Shown here in pieces: positions 14,262 through 28,719 of a stretch of 64,000 nt of DNA. Position numbers and translations under genes: made by a program. The DNA lies in contig OZ024743.1 of assembly GCA_964016885.1 (NCBI GenBank), forward strand, positions 81,902,001 through 81,966,000, in the 5' to 3' direction. The notes beneath the pieces are model-generated. The model was not told where the DNA came from and did not search any database. It was given only the letters and a program-made list of their open reading frames with translations. Source of the stretch: Eledone cirrhosa. Lineage: Eukaryota. Each line of letters begins with the position of its first letter. Positions within the stretch are counted from its first letter, which is position 1.

Positions 14262-14265
<4 letters not shown>
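13938..14265. mobile_element. Palindromic hammerhead mini-element (family H) with tail
   Basis: Arms 13938-14056 and 14061-14181; plus-arm motif ctt-TTGAAAA-gcag aacaa ctgc-GAAA-ccgg-TA^-aag at 14095-14130; partial copy at 57491-57559. Confidence 0.8.
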
Positions 14266-14310
<45 letters not shown>

Positions 14311-14312
<2 letters not shown>

Positions 14313-14502
14313 AAAAAGTATGACCCCGACGGCAGAGCTCAAGCCGTTTTGACGGCTATTTCTGGACTCCAGAAATAGCCGTCGAAAGGGCTTGAGCTCT
14401 GCCGTCGGGGTCATACTTTTTCTTATTTCCCACTCTACTACCCTAAGTATTGAGTACTTTGGTGCGTTATGGTCCATCTCGTTCCTTACAACAATTCCTT
14501 TG

Positions 14503-14505
<3 letters not shown>
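14311..14505. mobile_element. Palindromic mini-element family B (hammerhead 3' half plus tail) in (TA)n
   Basis: accccgacggcagagctcaagcc...ggcttgagctctgccgtcggggt hairpin plus tail cccactctactaccctaagtattgagtac...; eight copies in the window. Confidence 0.85.
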
Positions 14506-14591
<86 letters not shown>

Positions 14592-14710
14592 GTTAAAAAA
14601 ATGACTGTGAAAATGCATAGAGCTATATTCGAAAATTAATCATTCTTTAACGCGACAGAATAATAAATTATATAATTGTTGAATTACATATATACTTCGT
14701 ACGGACCTAT

Positions 14711-14808
<98 letters not shown>

Positions 14809-15040
14809 CACACACACACACGTGCTCAAGTATATCTCTTTTTACAAAACGTTTTTTTTTCTATTCAAGGTAGGCTGCATCAACTAATTTGCTAAAAAAC
14901 AAATCATACACAAAACGCCAGCACCAACAGTTTTGCAAGAGATGTCATCATGAATGGACCTATTATTTTTATCTACAGACATTTTTTCCAATTCATACCC
15001 CCCTCCCCCTTCCCCTCAATCTATCTTATTTCTCATGCTT

Positions 15041-15160
15041 TCTTCGGATGAAGGACTAGCGTCCGAAACGTTAAGACCCTCTTCCTGCTATATCAAGCCT
15101 TAACCTAATATATACCTTCTATATACTGTACCGATTGTGTTGTTATTTCTGTTTACCTTT
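15041..15160 (+). ncRNA. Minimal hammerhead motif (family E) plus tail
   Basis: tctt-CGGATGA-a-ggac tagc gtcc-GAAA-cg-TT^-aaga, with a U4G change; homologue with a similar tail at 42828-42946. Confidence 0.6.
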
Positions 15161-15161
15161 T

Positions 15162-15250
<89 letters not shown>

Positions 15251-15416
15251 TGAACTGGCAGGGTTTTATATAGTTATACGGAATGTATGCATTCGAGCCC
15301 CACAAATGAAATTTTTCATTTTTGCAGTAGCAAAAATCACCGGCGAGCCTCTTAATTCCAGACATCTCACAGACATCCAACGTTGGTAATAACGATCAAC
15401 ATTTTAAAAGATATTA

Positions 15417-15605
15417 TGTGGATTGGCAGTATGGGTAGAGGGTCGGGCGCCATGCTTTGACGCATAGATATACGGTCCTAGTCATTCTGAGTTCAAATCC
15501 CGCCGAGTTTAACTTTGCCTTTCATCCTTACGGGGTCGATAAAATAAAGTACCAGTAATGTACTGGGATAATTGCTGGTCTTGTGCCAATAGTAGAAACA
15601 ATTAT
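15417..15605 (+). mobile_element. SINE S1
   Basis: Full match to the S1 consensus. Confidence 0.88.
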
Positions 15606-15606
15606 T

Positions 15607-15657
<51 letters not shown>

Positions 15658-15854
15658 GTGGGGCGGGGGGGGTATAGTGATTTCGTATTACTAATGAAAC
15701 ACGGTATGTTTACAGGAAACATTTCGGAAGCCGTAGCTTTGCAAACACCGGGGCTAACGCCCTCTGATGGTTTCCAGCAGAGGCAACAAGGGGGACAACC
15801 GTCTATGCATTTCAAGCTTGGCTGGCTTTCATAAGGATGGTCCCTTCCACCGCT

Positions 15855-15921
<67 letters not shown>

Positions 15922-15926
<5 letters not shown>

Positions 15927-16150
15927 ATATTAAATAAATGGAAACTATATTTATAAAACCATATTTATTCTATTACATATATTCCAAGGGTACCAAAAAC
16001 TTTGGTACGCTTTCATCAGATAAAATTGAAAGTGTGTTTTATAAATTTTGACATACCCAAGGAAACATACCTTATCAGTTGAATATTTACTCCAGAAACT
16101 GTCGAGTATATAAACATTTATATTTGTTGAATTTCCAACAAATTAAATAT
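15922..16150 (-). mobile_element. Hammerhead mini-element family C
   Basis: Minus strand ttat-CTGATGA-aagcgtaccaaa..tttggtaccctt-GGAA-tatatg-TA^-atag. Confidence 0.7.
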
Positions 16151-16190
16151 CCATTCTACTTATATATATATATATATACATATACGCATA

Positions 16191-16242
<52 letters not shown>

Positions 16243-16265
16243 TATATATGTATATATATAAATGC

Positions 16266-16308
<43 letters not shown>

Positions 16309-16322
16309 TATGCATACATCTA

Positions 16323-16377
<55 letters not shown>

Positions 16378-16390
16378 ATGCTTACATCTA

Positions 16391-16457
<67 letters not shown>

Positions 16458-16559
16458 GTTTGCCGTCCAAAACGTTAAACTAATATATATCTTATTGTAC
16501 TGAATTGTTTGCTTCGTTGCTTCCATACCATTCACACACACACATACACACGCGCGCAC

Positions 16560-16591
<32 letters not shown>

Positions 16592-16624
16592 GCACACACA
16601 CACACACATACATACATATATATA

Positions 16625-16841
16625 TAACGAAGGATGTGTGGTAAGGAACTAGGTGGACCATAACGCACCAGAGTACTCGATACTTTGGGTAGTAGAGTGG
16701 GTAATAGGAAAAGGAACAAAACCCCGACTGCAGAGCTCAAGCCGTTTGAGGGCTATTTCTGGGCGTCCAGAAATAGCCCTCGTCCAGAAATACCCGTCGA
16801 AACGGCTTGAGCTCTGCCGTCGGGGTTTTGTACCTTTTCCT
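16625..16841 (-). mobile_element. Family B palindromic mini-element
   Basis: Reverse-complement tail plus hairpin; GAAA-cggc-loop-gccg-TC at 16799-16821. Confidence 0.85.
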
Positions 16842-16918
16842 ATATATATTTTAGCGTTTCGTTTCGCCTTTTCTACCCGCCGAAATGCGATTCTCGCTAA
16901 ATCTATATTTATATACAC

Positions 16919-16961
<43 letters not shown>

Positions 16962-16962
16962 C

Positions 16963-17036
<74 letters not shown>

Positions 17037-17579
17037 CTGTCTGTATGTGTGTCTGTGTGTGTGTCTGTCTGTCTGTATGTGTGTCTGTGTGTGTGTATGT
17101 CTGAGAGAGTGTGTGTGTGTGTGTGTGTGTATACTGCAATGCTAGCAACAAGAAAAAAAGTCGGTTGTCATCGGCCGTTGAATTAGCAGTACAGTTTCGA
17201 CCCCTATCGGACGGTACTGTTGGTCCATCCGCTGTCAGAATGTCTAACAATATAGTGAAACTTACAATATTAAGTGGAAGACAAAACTTAGGTTTATAAA
17301 CTTAAAATGTACAACATTTATGTGGCACAATACGTAAGGAAAAGAGACAGACCTGGTGGCCAGGACGTATATACATAGAAAGATTGTGGGGAGGAAACCA
17401 TGACGAAATGACGTGACAATAGTCACGTGACAGGAAAGGTGATATGTCACTGTAAAACAACAACTGAACAAAAGAAGAGGCAAGGAGACGTGTGCTTTAC
17501 GGCTGTTATAATATTGCTAGTTTTTGTTGTTGTTGATTTTATGTATGTGTGTATATATGTATATATATATGTGTGTGCG

Positions 17580-17653
<74 letters not shown>

Positions 17654-17766
17654 AGAGAGATTACATGAAAAGAACATGCTTTTTCCTTACAAGGTATTTT
17701 TACCAACAGAGTGAAAGACATAAACTGTGGAAGGTAGGCGACTCCTTTACTCCGTTGCTTCATTTG

Positions 17767-17820
<54 letters not shown>

Positions 17821-17867
17821 GAAATGAATACAAGGAGTATAAACCGCTAAAACATGTTCATATAACA

Positions 17868-17912
17868 ATGCACCTACGTACGTTTCGCCCAGAATGGGCT
17901 TATCAAGGGCAT
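17868..17912 (-). ncRNA. Type I hammerhead (U3:A8 core) at the 3' end of a PLE
   Basis: Minus strand atgccc-TTGATAA-gccc attct gggc-GAAA-cgtacg-TA^-ggtgcat. Confidence 0.8.
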
Positions 17913-18334
17913 GGAAAACAAAAAGAAAATGATCAATACCCGACCCAGGAGGGGTTTTAAGGTTAAATTCACATCAGAGTTCATTCTTCGCTTAAGTGCA
18001 TGTGCTGTTATTACTGCAGAGCAGGGGGAGTAACTCCGGCCGGTGCTCGAACAATCTTGTCCCACTTGGTTTATTTACCCATTCACATGATGGTATTTTG
18101 TATTATTATTTTATGGGTGCTGTTTCACTAATGCCTGTTCGAGCCGGGTCTGGGATGCACATTTATTATCTTGTGGGTGTTGCTTTACTAGCCTGTTCGG
18201 GCAGGGTCTGGGATGTACATTTGGTTCACAGATGTTTGTTTACACCGCTTGCCCACCGGAGTATTATGGTTAGGGCAGAGGGACCCAGTTTATAGTTTTC
18301 AAGCCGCAGTCGCTTCCCAGGCGAAGTACGACGC

Positions 18335-19240
18335 CTGCACTCGGTGCCTACAGTTTATGACTGATTCGGCTCAGCTGTTTATGAGCTCGTGCGGTGTTTT
18401 TATGATGTAGTTCAGCTCCACGAGGCAAAGCTGGCATTTCCTCTTGAAAATGTAGGGTGCAGCCCTACCGACAATATCCCAGTGTGTGGAAAAACTGATG
18501 TTGGCATCTTTTAATGTAGTGACGTAATTGGCAAGTGGCGTGGAGTGCCTTGGTTTTTTGTTCCTGAAGGAGTGGAGATGTGTTCTAAATCTCGTTTTGA
18601 ACTGGCCAGAGGTGGCCCTTATAGAGAGTTTAACTCCATTATGGCTAGTTACAGTGCACCTATAAATAACCTTATCTGTTAGGTAGTTTCCCCTGAGAGG
18701 GCAGCCTCCCCTGTCACGACAGTTGCATTTTCTGTCACGGTCGCTCCTAGTTCCTGAAGTAAAGCTATTACTATTGCTACCTATGTTTTCATCTATGTCT
18801 CTATATCGGTCATTGGTACGGTTATATCTCAAGGCGTGCGGTGTAGCACCATTATCCCTCCGCACGCCGCAGCCCGTTCCGTTGCCGGTGGGTAACCTGT
18901 GCGGGTGGCCAGCATATTCACCAGTCTCGCTCTGGTTATGTCAGTTTCATCTGCCGGGGCTGCCACCAACACTATTGGGTGCTGTTAGTGTTGCTGTCGG
19001 GTCTAGATGTATCTGTGCTAAGGTGCCTATTTTGGTGATCTTACTGTGATTAGTGGCTCCTATGACGTCTGCTAGATTGTGGGTGGTAGAGAAGGATATT
19101 TTGATATTGTTCCTATTAAGTATTTTCCTGTATTTATGATTGGGTGGGAAATTCTTCTCTAAGGCTTCGAAGAATATCCTCGGTAGGTCGGAGGCCACAC
19201 TCCGAGAGTAGGGGAGGTGGAACCATAGGACATTACGGTG
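18335..19240 (-). pseudogene. PLE linker and GIY-YIG endonuclease remnant
   Basis: WFHLPYS..IFFEALEKNFPPNHKYRKILNRNNIKISFSTT; KCNCRDRGGCPLRGNYLTDKVIYRCTVT..FKTRFRTHLHSF..HWDIVGRAAPY..CQLCLVE. Confidence 0.88.
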
Positions 19241-19657
19241 GCATTTCTGCTTTACCGTGAGTTTGCTACAGGTTGTGCTTCCTAGTTGGCTGTACTTACG
19301 GTTGTTACTGTGCTGTAGCCAGTTATGCGTCCCCTTTACTTTATGTTCGGGTGGGCGCGCCTCCCTTCCGTAATTTTTATGTGTGGCTAGACGCGGGTTG
19401 GAGGGTATTGGTAAAAGGCACCGCCGTTGCTAATCTTATAGTTAGGGAATAATGTTGATAGGCTGCAGCGGGTGGCGTTACCAATCGGGTGACCCTTACC
19501 ATGCTGTAGGTAATCTTCGTCGCCACTCATGCAATTAATGGTGTGGCCAGGTTCTTTAGTGTGGTTCTCTATACTATAGTTCTTGACTCTGTCTTGGCAG
19601 TAGCGCACTCTGTTATAGGTATGGCTTACTATAACATTGGTACTAAGTTAGGGTATA

Positions 19658-19698
<41 letters not shown>

Positions 19699-19798
19699 AT
19701 GTTTATATATATATGTGTGTATATATATATATATGTTTATATATAAACATATATATATACATATATATATATAAACATACACACACACACACACACAT

Positions 19799-19837
<39 letters not shown>

Positions 19838-19909
19838 AACATATAGATATACATATATATATATATAAACATACACACATATATATATATTCTTTTAAAA
19901 AATAATAAT

Positions 19910-20957
19910 CCAATATTGGTGTCTCTGGAAAGTTACTACAGTGGATCAAATGTTTACTGACAGACAGAACCCAACATGTTGTAGTCGAAGGAGTAAAATC
20001 AAGCCCTGCCAAAGTCAGCAGTGGCGTACCCCAAGGCACTGTGTTGGGCCCACTTCTTTTCATCATCTACATTAATGACATTACTGACATCATCAAGCAC
20101 AGCAACATAAGAATCTTCGCAGATGATTCCAAGCTCCAAAGGGTCATCAATGAGGTGGATGACCGGACTTGCCTTCAGTCAGACCTACTGGCTGTTATCC
20201 AATGGGCAGAAAAGAATAATATGCTGTTGAATGAGGATAAGTTTGAATTAATCCACTTTGGAAAAAAGGATGCCCTGAAACTACCATACTCTCTTCCTTC
20301 GGGTGAAACTCTAGGGGCATCCAATAACATCAGAGACCTGGGAGTAATTGTGGACAACAACATAAGCTGGGTCCTCATATAAACAGCAAAGTTGACATAG
20401 CCCGCAGAATGTGTTCCTGGATTCTCAGAACCTTCCAGTCGAGAGATATCCACACTGTTATCCTTCTCTTCTCCATTTTTTCCCGACTCCACCTTGAATA
20501 CTGTTGTCCACTGTGGTCTCCCCACAGGAAACAAAATATCAAATTGAAAATTGAAGCTCCTCAAAGATCAATCACGAAAAAGATAGACGCCATGACAGGC
20601 CTTGACTATTGGGGTCGACTAGAAATGCTCAACCTTTATTCTCTCCAACGTCACCGTGAGCGCTACATCATCTGTTTGATGTGGAAAATATTCCATCAGC
20701 TTTGCCCAAATTATGTTGGCATCACCTTTAAGGTACACCCAAGGCTAGGGCCCCGTGCTATCCGCCCACGACAAAAATCTCACTCGCATCTCATAACAAC
20801 AATACGGCTCTGTTTTAAAATTACACCAAAACACATTAAAACGGAAACAGACCCCATAAAGTTCAAGAAGTCTTTGGACAAATTCCTTCCAGAAATCCAG
20901 GATAAGCCTCCTACACCCGGATATGTCTCTGTAAACAGTAACTCTCTACTTGAGTGG

Positions 20958-20961
<4 letters not shown>
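19910..20961 (+). mobile_element. 5'-truncated CR1/L2-group LINE reverse-transcriptase remnant, frameshifted
   Basis: SGVPQGTVLGPLLFIIYIND, FADDSK, RDLGVIVD, LEYCCPLWSP, LNLYSLQRHRERY and C-terminal NSLL; flanked by (TA)n. Confidence 0.92.
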
Positions 20962-21014
<53 letters not shown>

Positions 21015-21327
21015 ACATGACCCTGATGTGTAAATTTAAATATTCAAACAGAATTGTTTGTATAACTCACTGCGGACTGGTTTGTTTTAGGATTTCTTGT
21101 TGCTAGGACATGATAATTAATTGAAACACACACACACATAGACACACACACATAGACATGCACACACGCATAGACATACACACACATAGACACACACACA
21201 TAGACATACACACACGCATAGACATACACACACACATAGACATATACACTTTTTCACTAACTAGCTATAACACACCCGGTCATACAAACACACATTTTGT
21301 TTCTCACTAACAATCTATATCACGCCC

Positions 21328-22596
21328 TCACACACACTTACACTCTCCCTCCCTCTCACACACACACACTTACTCTCTCTCTCCCTCTCACACACACACT
21401 TACTCTCTCACTCCCTCTCACACACACACACTTACTCTCTCCCTCCCTCTCTCACACACACACCTACTCTCTCCCTCACTCTCACACACACACACTTACT
21501 CTCTCACTCCCTCTCACACACACACACTTACTCTCTCTCTCCCTCTCACACACACACTTACTCTCTCACTCCCTCTCACACACACACTTACTCTCTCACT
21601 CCCTCTCACACAATACACACTTACTCTCTCCCTCCCTCTCACACAACACACACACTTACTCTCTCCCTCTCACACACACACTTAATCTCTCCCTCCCTCT
21701 CACACAACACACACTTACTCTCTCCCTCTCTCTCACACACACACTTACTCTCTCCCTCCCTCTCACACAACACACACTTACTCTCTCACTCCCTCTCACA
21801 CACACACACACACTCTCTCCCTCCCTCTCACACAACACACACACGCTCTCCCTCCCTCTCACACAACACACACACTCTCTCCCTCCCACACAACACACTC
21901 ACTCTCTCCCTCCCTCTCACACAACACACACACTTACTCTCTCCCTCCCTCTCACATAACACACACACTTACTCTGTCCCCCCTCTCACACAACACACAC
22001 ACTTACTCTCTCCCTCCCTCTCACACAACACACACACTTACTCTCTCCCTCTCACACAACACACACTTACTCTCTCCCTCCCTCTCACACAACACACACT
22101 TACTCTCTCCCTCCCTCTCACACAACACACACTCTCTCCCTCCCTCTCACACACACACTCTCTCCCTCCCTCTCACACAACACACACACTTACTCTCTCC
22201 CTCCCTCTCACACAACACACACACTTACTCTCTCCCTCTCACACAACACACACTTACTCTCTCCCTCCCTCTCACACAACACACACTTACTCTCTCCCTC
22301 CCTCTCACACACACACTCTCTCCCTCCCTCTCACACAACACACACACTTACTCTCTCTCTCTCACACAACACACTTTCCACTTACTCTCTCCCTCGCTCT
22401 CACACAACACACACTTACTCTCTCCCTCCCTCTCACACAACACAAACACTCTCTCCCTCCCTCTCACACACACACACTTACTCTCTCCCTCCCTCTCACA
22501 CACACACACTTACTCTCTCCCTCCCTCTCACACACACACACTTACTCACTCCCTCCCTCTCACACAACACACTCTCTCTCCCTCCCTCTCACACAA
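21328..22596. repeat. Compound CA/CT minisatellite (~30-bp unit cacacacttactctctccctccctctcacacaa)
   Basis: About 40 imperfect tandem units. Confidence 0.92.
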
Positions 22597-22821
22597 CCAT
22601 TCTCTGTATCTTCCAAATATAAACATACAATGAGTGATAAATGAATTAATAATCTTTAATGCGTTAATTACGTTCGATTGAGACAATTGACACCTCTCAT
22701 TTGCATATCCCGATCAAGAAAGAGACAAACCAATCTCTCCTTCCTCACCATGACCACCACCACATATGTTACCAGTCAATCCAACTGTGATAGGATTTAG
22801 ACTTTGATTTCGTCAGCCATA

Positions 22822-22890
<69 letters not shown>

Positions 22891-22891
<1 letters not shown>

Positions 22892-23107
22892 GGAGAAGGG
22901 TTGCACACTTTTTTCGGGGGTGTGTGCGACCCCCCAAGGCGCCTCCTCTCTATTGAGGACTTTGTTATAAATTTTATTTTTTGTTATATTTTATTTTATT
23001 TTTATATATTGTTATTGCCTCCTCCTTATTGAGGACGCCTTGTTTTGTAAACTCCCCCCATTGTACTTGTCCCACTTTTGATGCCCTGGTGGCAAATAAA
23101 AGAAACA
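22891..23107 (+). mobile_element. Probable retroelement 3' fragment inserted in (TATC)n
   Basis: 217-bp island flanked on both sides by (ATCT)n; ends with AATAAAagaaac. Confidence 0.5.
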
Positions 23108-23210
<103 letters not shown>

Positions 23211-23662
23211 ATATATACGTGTTCTATCAGCATTGATGGACGTCAGAATCATATTCAATAACATTGTAAAGATCAATAGCTCCTTATGGTTGTTCTGGAA
23301 GACTGTAACAGTAGAAATCCCACTGCTAGAGGATTCTGGGAAGGGTGGAGCCACGATACAAGGAAAAGCGTGATCAATAATCTGGCCGAGTTTAGTCACG
23401 AATAAGAAGAACCAGGGCCGCCCCTAGGAGCATTGGATTTGGTGTACTTCATATTTGTTTCGGTTCCTGAATACAATCAGGGGTCGTTGCTTCTTCTGAA
23501 GGTCAATAGTTCTCTTCTAACTTGAGCGGGGCGCCTTTTCATTGTCAATTTGCATTGATCATCTGCAAAGACGCATTGTTCTCAGAACCCCTACACCAGT
23601 CTTCAATGCGTGCAGCTGGAACTACTGCCACCCATTGATTTGACAGGATCGCAACTATTTTC

Positions 23663-23795
23663 TACAGCTGAGTAAACTGGATCAACGTGAAATAAAGTGT
23701 CTTGCTCAAGGACGCAACACATCACCCAGTCCAAGAATCGAACTAACAACCTTTCGATTGCAAGCCCAATGCTCTAACCACTAAGCCATGCGCCT
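23663..23795 (-). mobile_element. tRNA-derived SINE, family S2
   Basis: Minus strand aggcgcatggcttagtggttagagc (A box)...gttcgattc (B box)...ccttgagcaagacactttatttcacgttg. Confidence 0.85.
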
Positions 23796-23893
23796 TTACA
23801 CTAACATCTACTTGGACGAGTTAACCGACTGGTAAGACTGTTAAGACGAAAGAAGAGAAAGTAGATAGCCATGTAAATTCCGCAGTTTTTAAA

Positions 23894-26800
23894 ATTAATA
23901 AGAAGACAGTTAACTATAGAACCTCACACAACATTAATAAGAAGACAAGTTAACTATAGAACATCACACAACATTAATAAGAAGACAGTTAACTATAGAA
24001 CCTCACACAACATTAATAAGAAGAGAGTTAATTATAGAACCTCACACAACATTAATAAGAAGACAAGTTAACTATAGAACCTCACACAACATTAATAAGA
24101 AGACAGTTAACTATAGAAACTTACAAAACATTAATAAGAAGACAAGTTAACTATAGAACCTCACACAACATTAATAAGAAGAGAGTTAACTATAGAACCT
24201 CACACAACATTAATAAGAAGAGAGTTAACTATAGAACCTCACACAAACTTAATAAGAAGACAAGTTAACTATAGAACCTCACACAACATTAATAAGAAGA
24301 CAAGTTAACTATAGAACCTCACACAACATTAATAAGAAGACAAGTTAACTATAGAACCTCACACAACATTAATAAGAAGACAGTTAACTATAGAACCTCA
24401 TACAACATTAATAAGAAGAGAGTTAACTATAGAGCCTCACACAACATTAATAAGAAGAGAGTTAACTATAGAACCTCACACAACATTAATAAGACAGTTA
24501 ACTATAGAACCTCACACAAAATTAATAAGAGAGTTAACTATAGAACCTCACACAACATTAATAAGAAGACAGTTAACTATAGAACCTCACACAACATTAA
24601 TAAGAAGACAAGTTAACTATAGAACCTCACACAAAATTAATAAGAAGACAGTTAACTATAGAACCTCACACAACATTAATGAGAAGACAAGATAACTATA
24701 GAACCTCACACAACATTAATAAGAAGACAGTTAACTATAGAACCTCACACAACATTAATAAGATGAGAGTTAACTATAGAGCCTCACACAACATTAATAA
24801 GAAGAGAGTTAACTATAGAACCTCACACAACATTAATAAGACAGTTAACTATAGAACCTCACACAAAATTAATAAGAGAGTTAACTATAGAACCTCACAC
24901 AACATTAATAAGAAGACAGTTAACTATAGAACCTCACACAACATTAATAAGAAGACAAGTTAACTATAGAACCTCACACAAAATTAATAAGAAGACAGTT
25001 AACTATAGAACCTCACACAACATTAATGAGAAGACAAGTTAACTATAGAACCTCACACAACATTAATAAGAAGACAGTTAACTATAGAACCTCACACAAC
25101 ATTAATAAGAAGACAGTTAACTATAGAACCTCACACATAATTAATAAGAAGACAGTTAACTATAGAACCTCACACAACATTGATAAGAAGACAAGTTAAC
25201 TATAGAACCTCACACAACATTAATAAGAAGACAGTTAACTATAGAACCTCACACAACATTGATAAGAAGACAAGTTAACTATAGAACCTCACACAACATT
25301 AATAAGAAGACAGTTAACTATAGAACCTCACACAACATTAATAAGAAGACAAGTTAACTATAGAACCTCACACAACATTAATAAGAAGACAGTTAACTAT
25401 AGAACCTCACACAACATTAATAAGAAGACAAGTTAACTATAGAACATCACACAACATTAATAAGAAGACAGTTAACTATAGAACCTCACACAACATTAAT
25501 AAGAAGAGAGTTAATTATAGAACCTCACACAACATTAATAAGAAGACAAGTTAACTATAGAACCTCACACAACATTAATAAGAAGACAGTTAACTATAGA
25601 AACTTACAAAACATTAATAAGAAGACAAGTTAACTATAGAACCTCACACAACATTAATAAGAAGAGAGTTAACTATAGAACCTCACACAACATTAATAAG
25701 AAGAGAGTTAACTATAGAACCTCACACAAACTTAATAAGAAGACAAGTTAACTATAGAACCTCACACAACATTAATAAGAAGACAAGTTAACTATAGAAC
25801 CTCACACAACATTAATAAGAAGACAAGTTAACTATAGAACCTCACACAACATTAATAAGAAGACAGTTAACTATAGAACCTCATACAACATTAATAAGAA
25901 GAGAGTTAACTATAGAGCCTCACACAACATTAATAAGAAGAGAGTTAACTATAGAACCTCACACAACATTAATAAGACAGTTAACTATAGAACCTCACAC
26001 AAAATTAATAAGAGAGTTAACTATAGAACCTCACACAACATTAATAAGAAGACAGTTAACTATAGAACCTCACACAACATTAATAAGAAGACAAGTTAAC
26101 TATAGAACCTCACACAAAATTAATAAGAAGACAGTTAACTATAGAACCTCACACAACATTAATGAGAAGACAAGTTAACTATAGAACCTCACACAACATT
26201 AATAAGAAGACAGTTAACTATAGAACCACACACAACATTAATAAGAAGAGAGTTAACTATAGAGCCTCACACAACATTAATAAGAAGAGAGTTAACTATA
26301 GAACCTCACACAACATTAATAAGACAGTTAACTATAGAACCTCACACAAAATTAATAAGAGAGTTAACTATAGAACCTCACACAACATTAATAAGAAGAC
26401 AGTTAACTATAGAACCTCACACAACATTAATAAGAAGACAAGTTAACTATAGAACCTCACACAAAATTAATAAGAAGACAGTTAACTATAGAACCTCACA
26501 CAACATTAATGAGAAGACAAGTTAACTATAGAACCTCACACAACATTAATAAGAAGACAGTTAACTATAGAACCTCACACAACATTAATAAGAAGACAGT
26601 TAACTATAGAACCTCACACATAATTAATAAGAAGACAGTTAACTATAGAACCTCACACAACATTGATAAGAAGACAAGTTAACTATAGAACCTCACACAA
26701 CATTAATAAGAAGACAGTTAACTATAGAACCTCACACAACATTGATAAGAAGACAAGTTAACTATAGAACCTCACACAACATTAATAAGAAGACAGTTAA

Positions 26801-27925
26801 CTATAGAACCTCACACAACATTAATAAGAAGACAAGTTAACTATAGAACCTCACACAACATTAATAAGAAGACAGTTAACTATAGAACCTCACACAACAT
26901 TAATAAGAAGACAGTTAACTATAGAACCTCACACAACATTAATAAGAAGACAAGTTAACTATAGAACCTCACACAACATTAATAAGACAGTTAACTATAG
27001 AACCTCACACAACATTAATAAGAAGACAAGTTAACTATAGAACCTCACACAACATTAATAAGAAGACAGTTAACTATAGAACCTCACACAACATTAATAA
27101 GAAGACAAGTTAACTATAGAACCTCACACAACATTAATAAGAAGACAGTTAACTATAGAACCTCACACAACATTAATAAGAAGACAAGTTAACTATAGAA
27201 CCTCACACAACATTAATAAGAAGACAGTTAACTATAGAACCTCACACAACATTAATAAGAAGAGAGTTAACTATAGAACCTCACACAACATTAATAAGAA
27301 GACAAGTTAACTATAGAACCTCACACAACATTAATAAGACTGTTAACTATAGAACCTCACACAACATTAATAAGAAGACAAGTTAACTATAGAACCTCAC
27401 ACAACATTAATAAGAAGACAGTTAACTATAGAACCTCACACAACATTAATAAGCAGACAAGTTAACTATAGAACCTCACACAACATTAATAAGAAGACAG
27501 TTAACTATAGAACCTCACACAACATTAATAAGAAGACAAGTTAACTATAGAACCTCACACAACATTAATAAGAAGACAAGTTAATTATAGAACCTCACAC
27601 AAAATTAATAAGAAGACAAGTTAACTATAGAACCTCACACAAAATTAATAAGAAGACAAGTTAACTATAGAACCTCACACAACATTAATAAGAAGACAAG
27701 TTAACTATAGAACCTCACACAAAATTAATAAGAAGACAAGTTAACTATAGAACCTCACACAAAATTAATAAGAAGACAAGTTAACTATAGAACCTCACAC
27801 AACATTAATAGGAAGACAAGTTAACTATAGAACCTCACACAAAATTAATAAGAAGACAAGTTAACTATAGAACCTCACATAAAATTAATAAGAAGACAAG
27901 TTAACTATAAAACCTCACACAAAAT
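23894..27925. repeat. 39/40-bp minisatellite, about 100 copies, with higher-order repeats
   Basis: Unit attaataagaagac(a)agttaactatagaacctcacacaac; diagnostic variants recur at a ~1483-bp spacing. Confidence 0.98.
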
Positions 27926-28335
27926 TGTATGTTTCTAACTTAACGACTATAAATTACTGTTGGTCTTTCGTCTTTCACTCGTTTGGCTTATGTCTGACGC
28001 TGTTATCCCGAATCAACCAGCAGTACCGCTGGAAAGGATCAAAACTGCCCCAGTCCATCTCAACGGCTGATGACCATGGAGTTCTGTGTCCATCGTTTGT
28101 ATATTTATTTCTTAAAATAATTTCTTAAGTTTTCCCCCTTAAAACATTGTTTTTTTCGTTTTGTTTTCTTTCAGTTCGTTGTCTTGTCTTCTCTTTTTCT
28201 TAAATTTATATATAATACATGTGTGGGTATATATGTATATATTTATTCATATATATATAATGTATGTATATATACTTGTATATGTATATATATTTGTATA
28301 AGTATATATATATATATATGTGTGTGTGTGTATGC

Positions 28336-28405
<70 letters not shown>

Positions 28406-28526
28406 ACATATGTATACATGTATATGAATACATATATGTGTAAGCATATGTATATATACTCTTTTCCTATTACCCACTCTACTACCCTAAGTATTGAGTA
28501 CCCGGTATCTTACCACACCCTCTTTG

Positions 28527-28578
<52 letters not shown>

Positions 28579-28719
28579 ACGCTCTCGCTCTTGGTATTAT
28601 TCTGAAATTGCCATACTTATTTCGATATAATTAAAGCTTGTGTTGGTAATTAAGAAAGATATAATATGAGAAGTGGAATAACAACCGAAGTGAATTACCA
28701 AGTTGTAAGTCTATAGGGA

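Larger units (their letters stand above)
17818..19630 (-). mobile_element. 5'-truncated Penelope-like element between CA and TA microsatellites
   Basis: Linker and GIY-YIG ORF remnant followed by a 3' region with a hammerhead on the same strand. Confidence 0.82.

Noticed and set aside
18371-18373. In-frame TGA in the PLE endonuclease tail as possible selenocysteine
   Set aside because: The position corresponds to the Arg/Lys of the LN.R.E motif, so CGA>TGA decay in an already degraded copy is simpler; no SECIS was identified
23750-23795. tRNA genes at SINE heads
   Set aside because: A and B boxes are present, but there is no complete cloverleaf and the sequence continues into SINE body
23894-27925. 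CRISPR-like array or repetitive protein (VNYRTSHNINKK)
   Set aside because: Units are contiguous with no unique spacers, 39/40-bp alternation breaks the frame, and the context is eukaryotic
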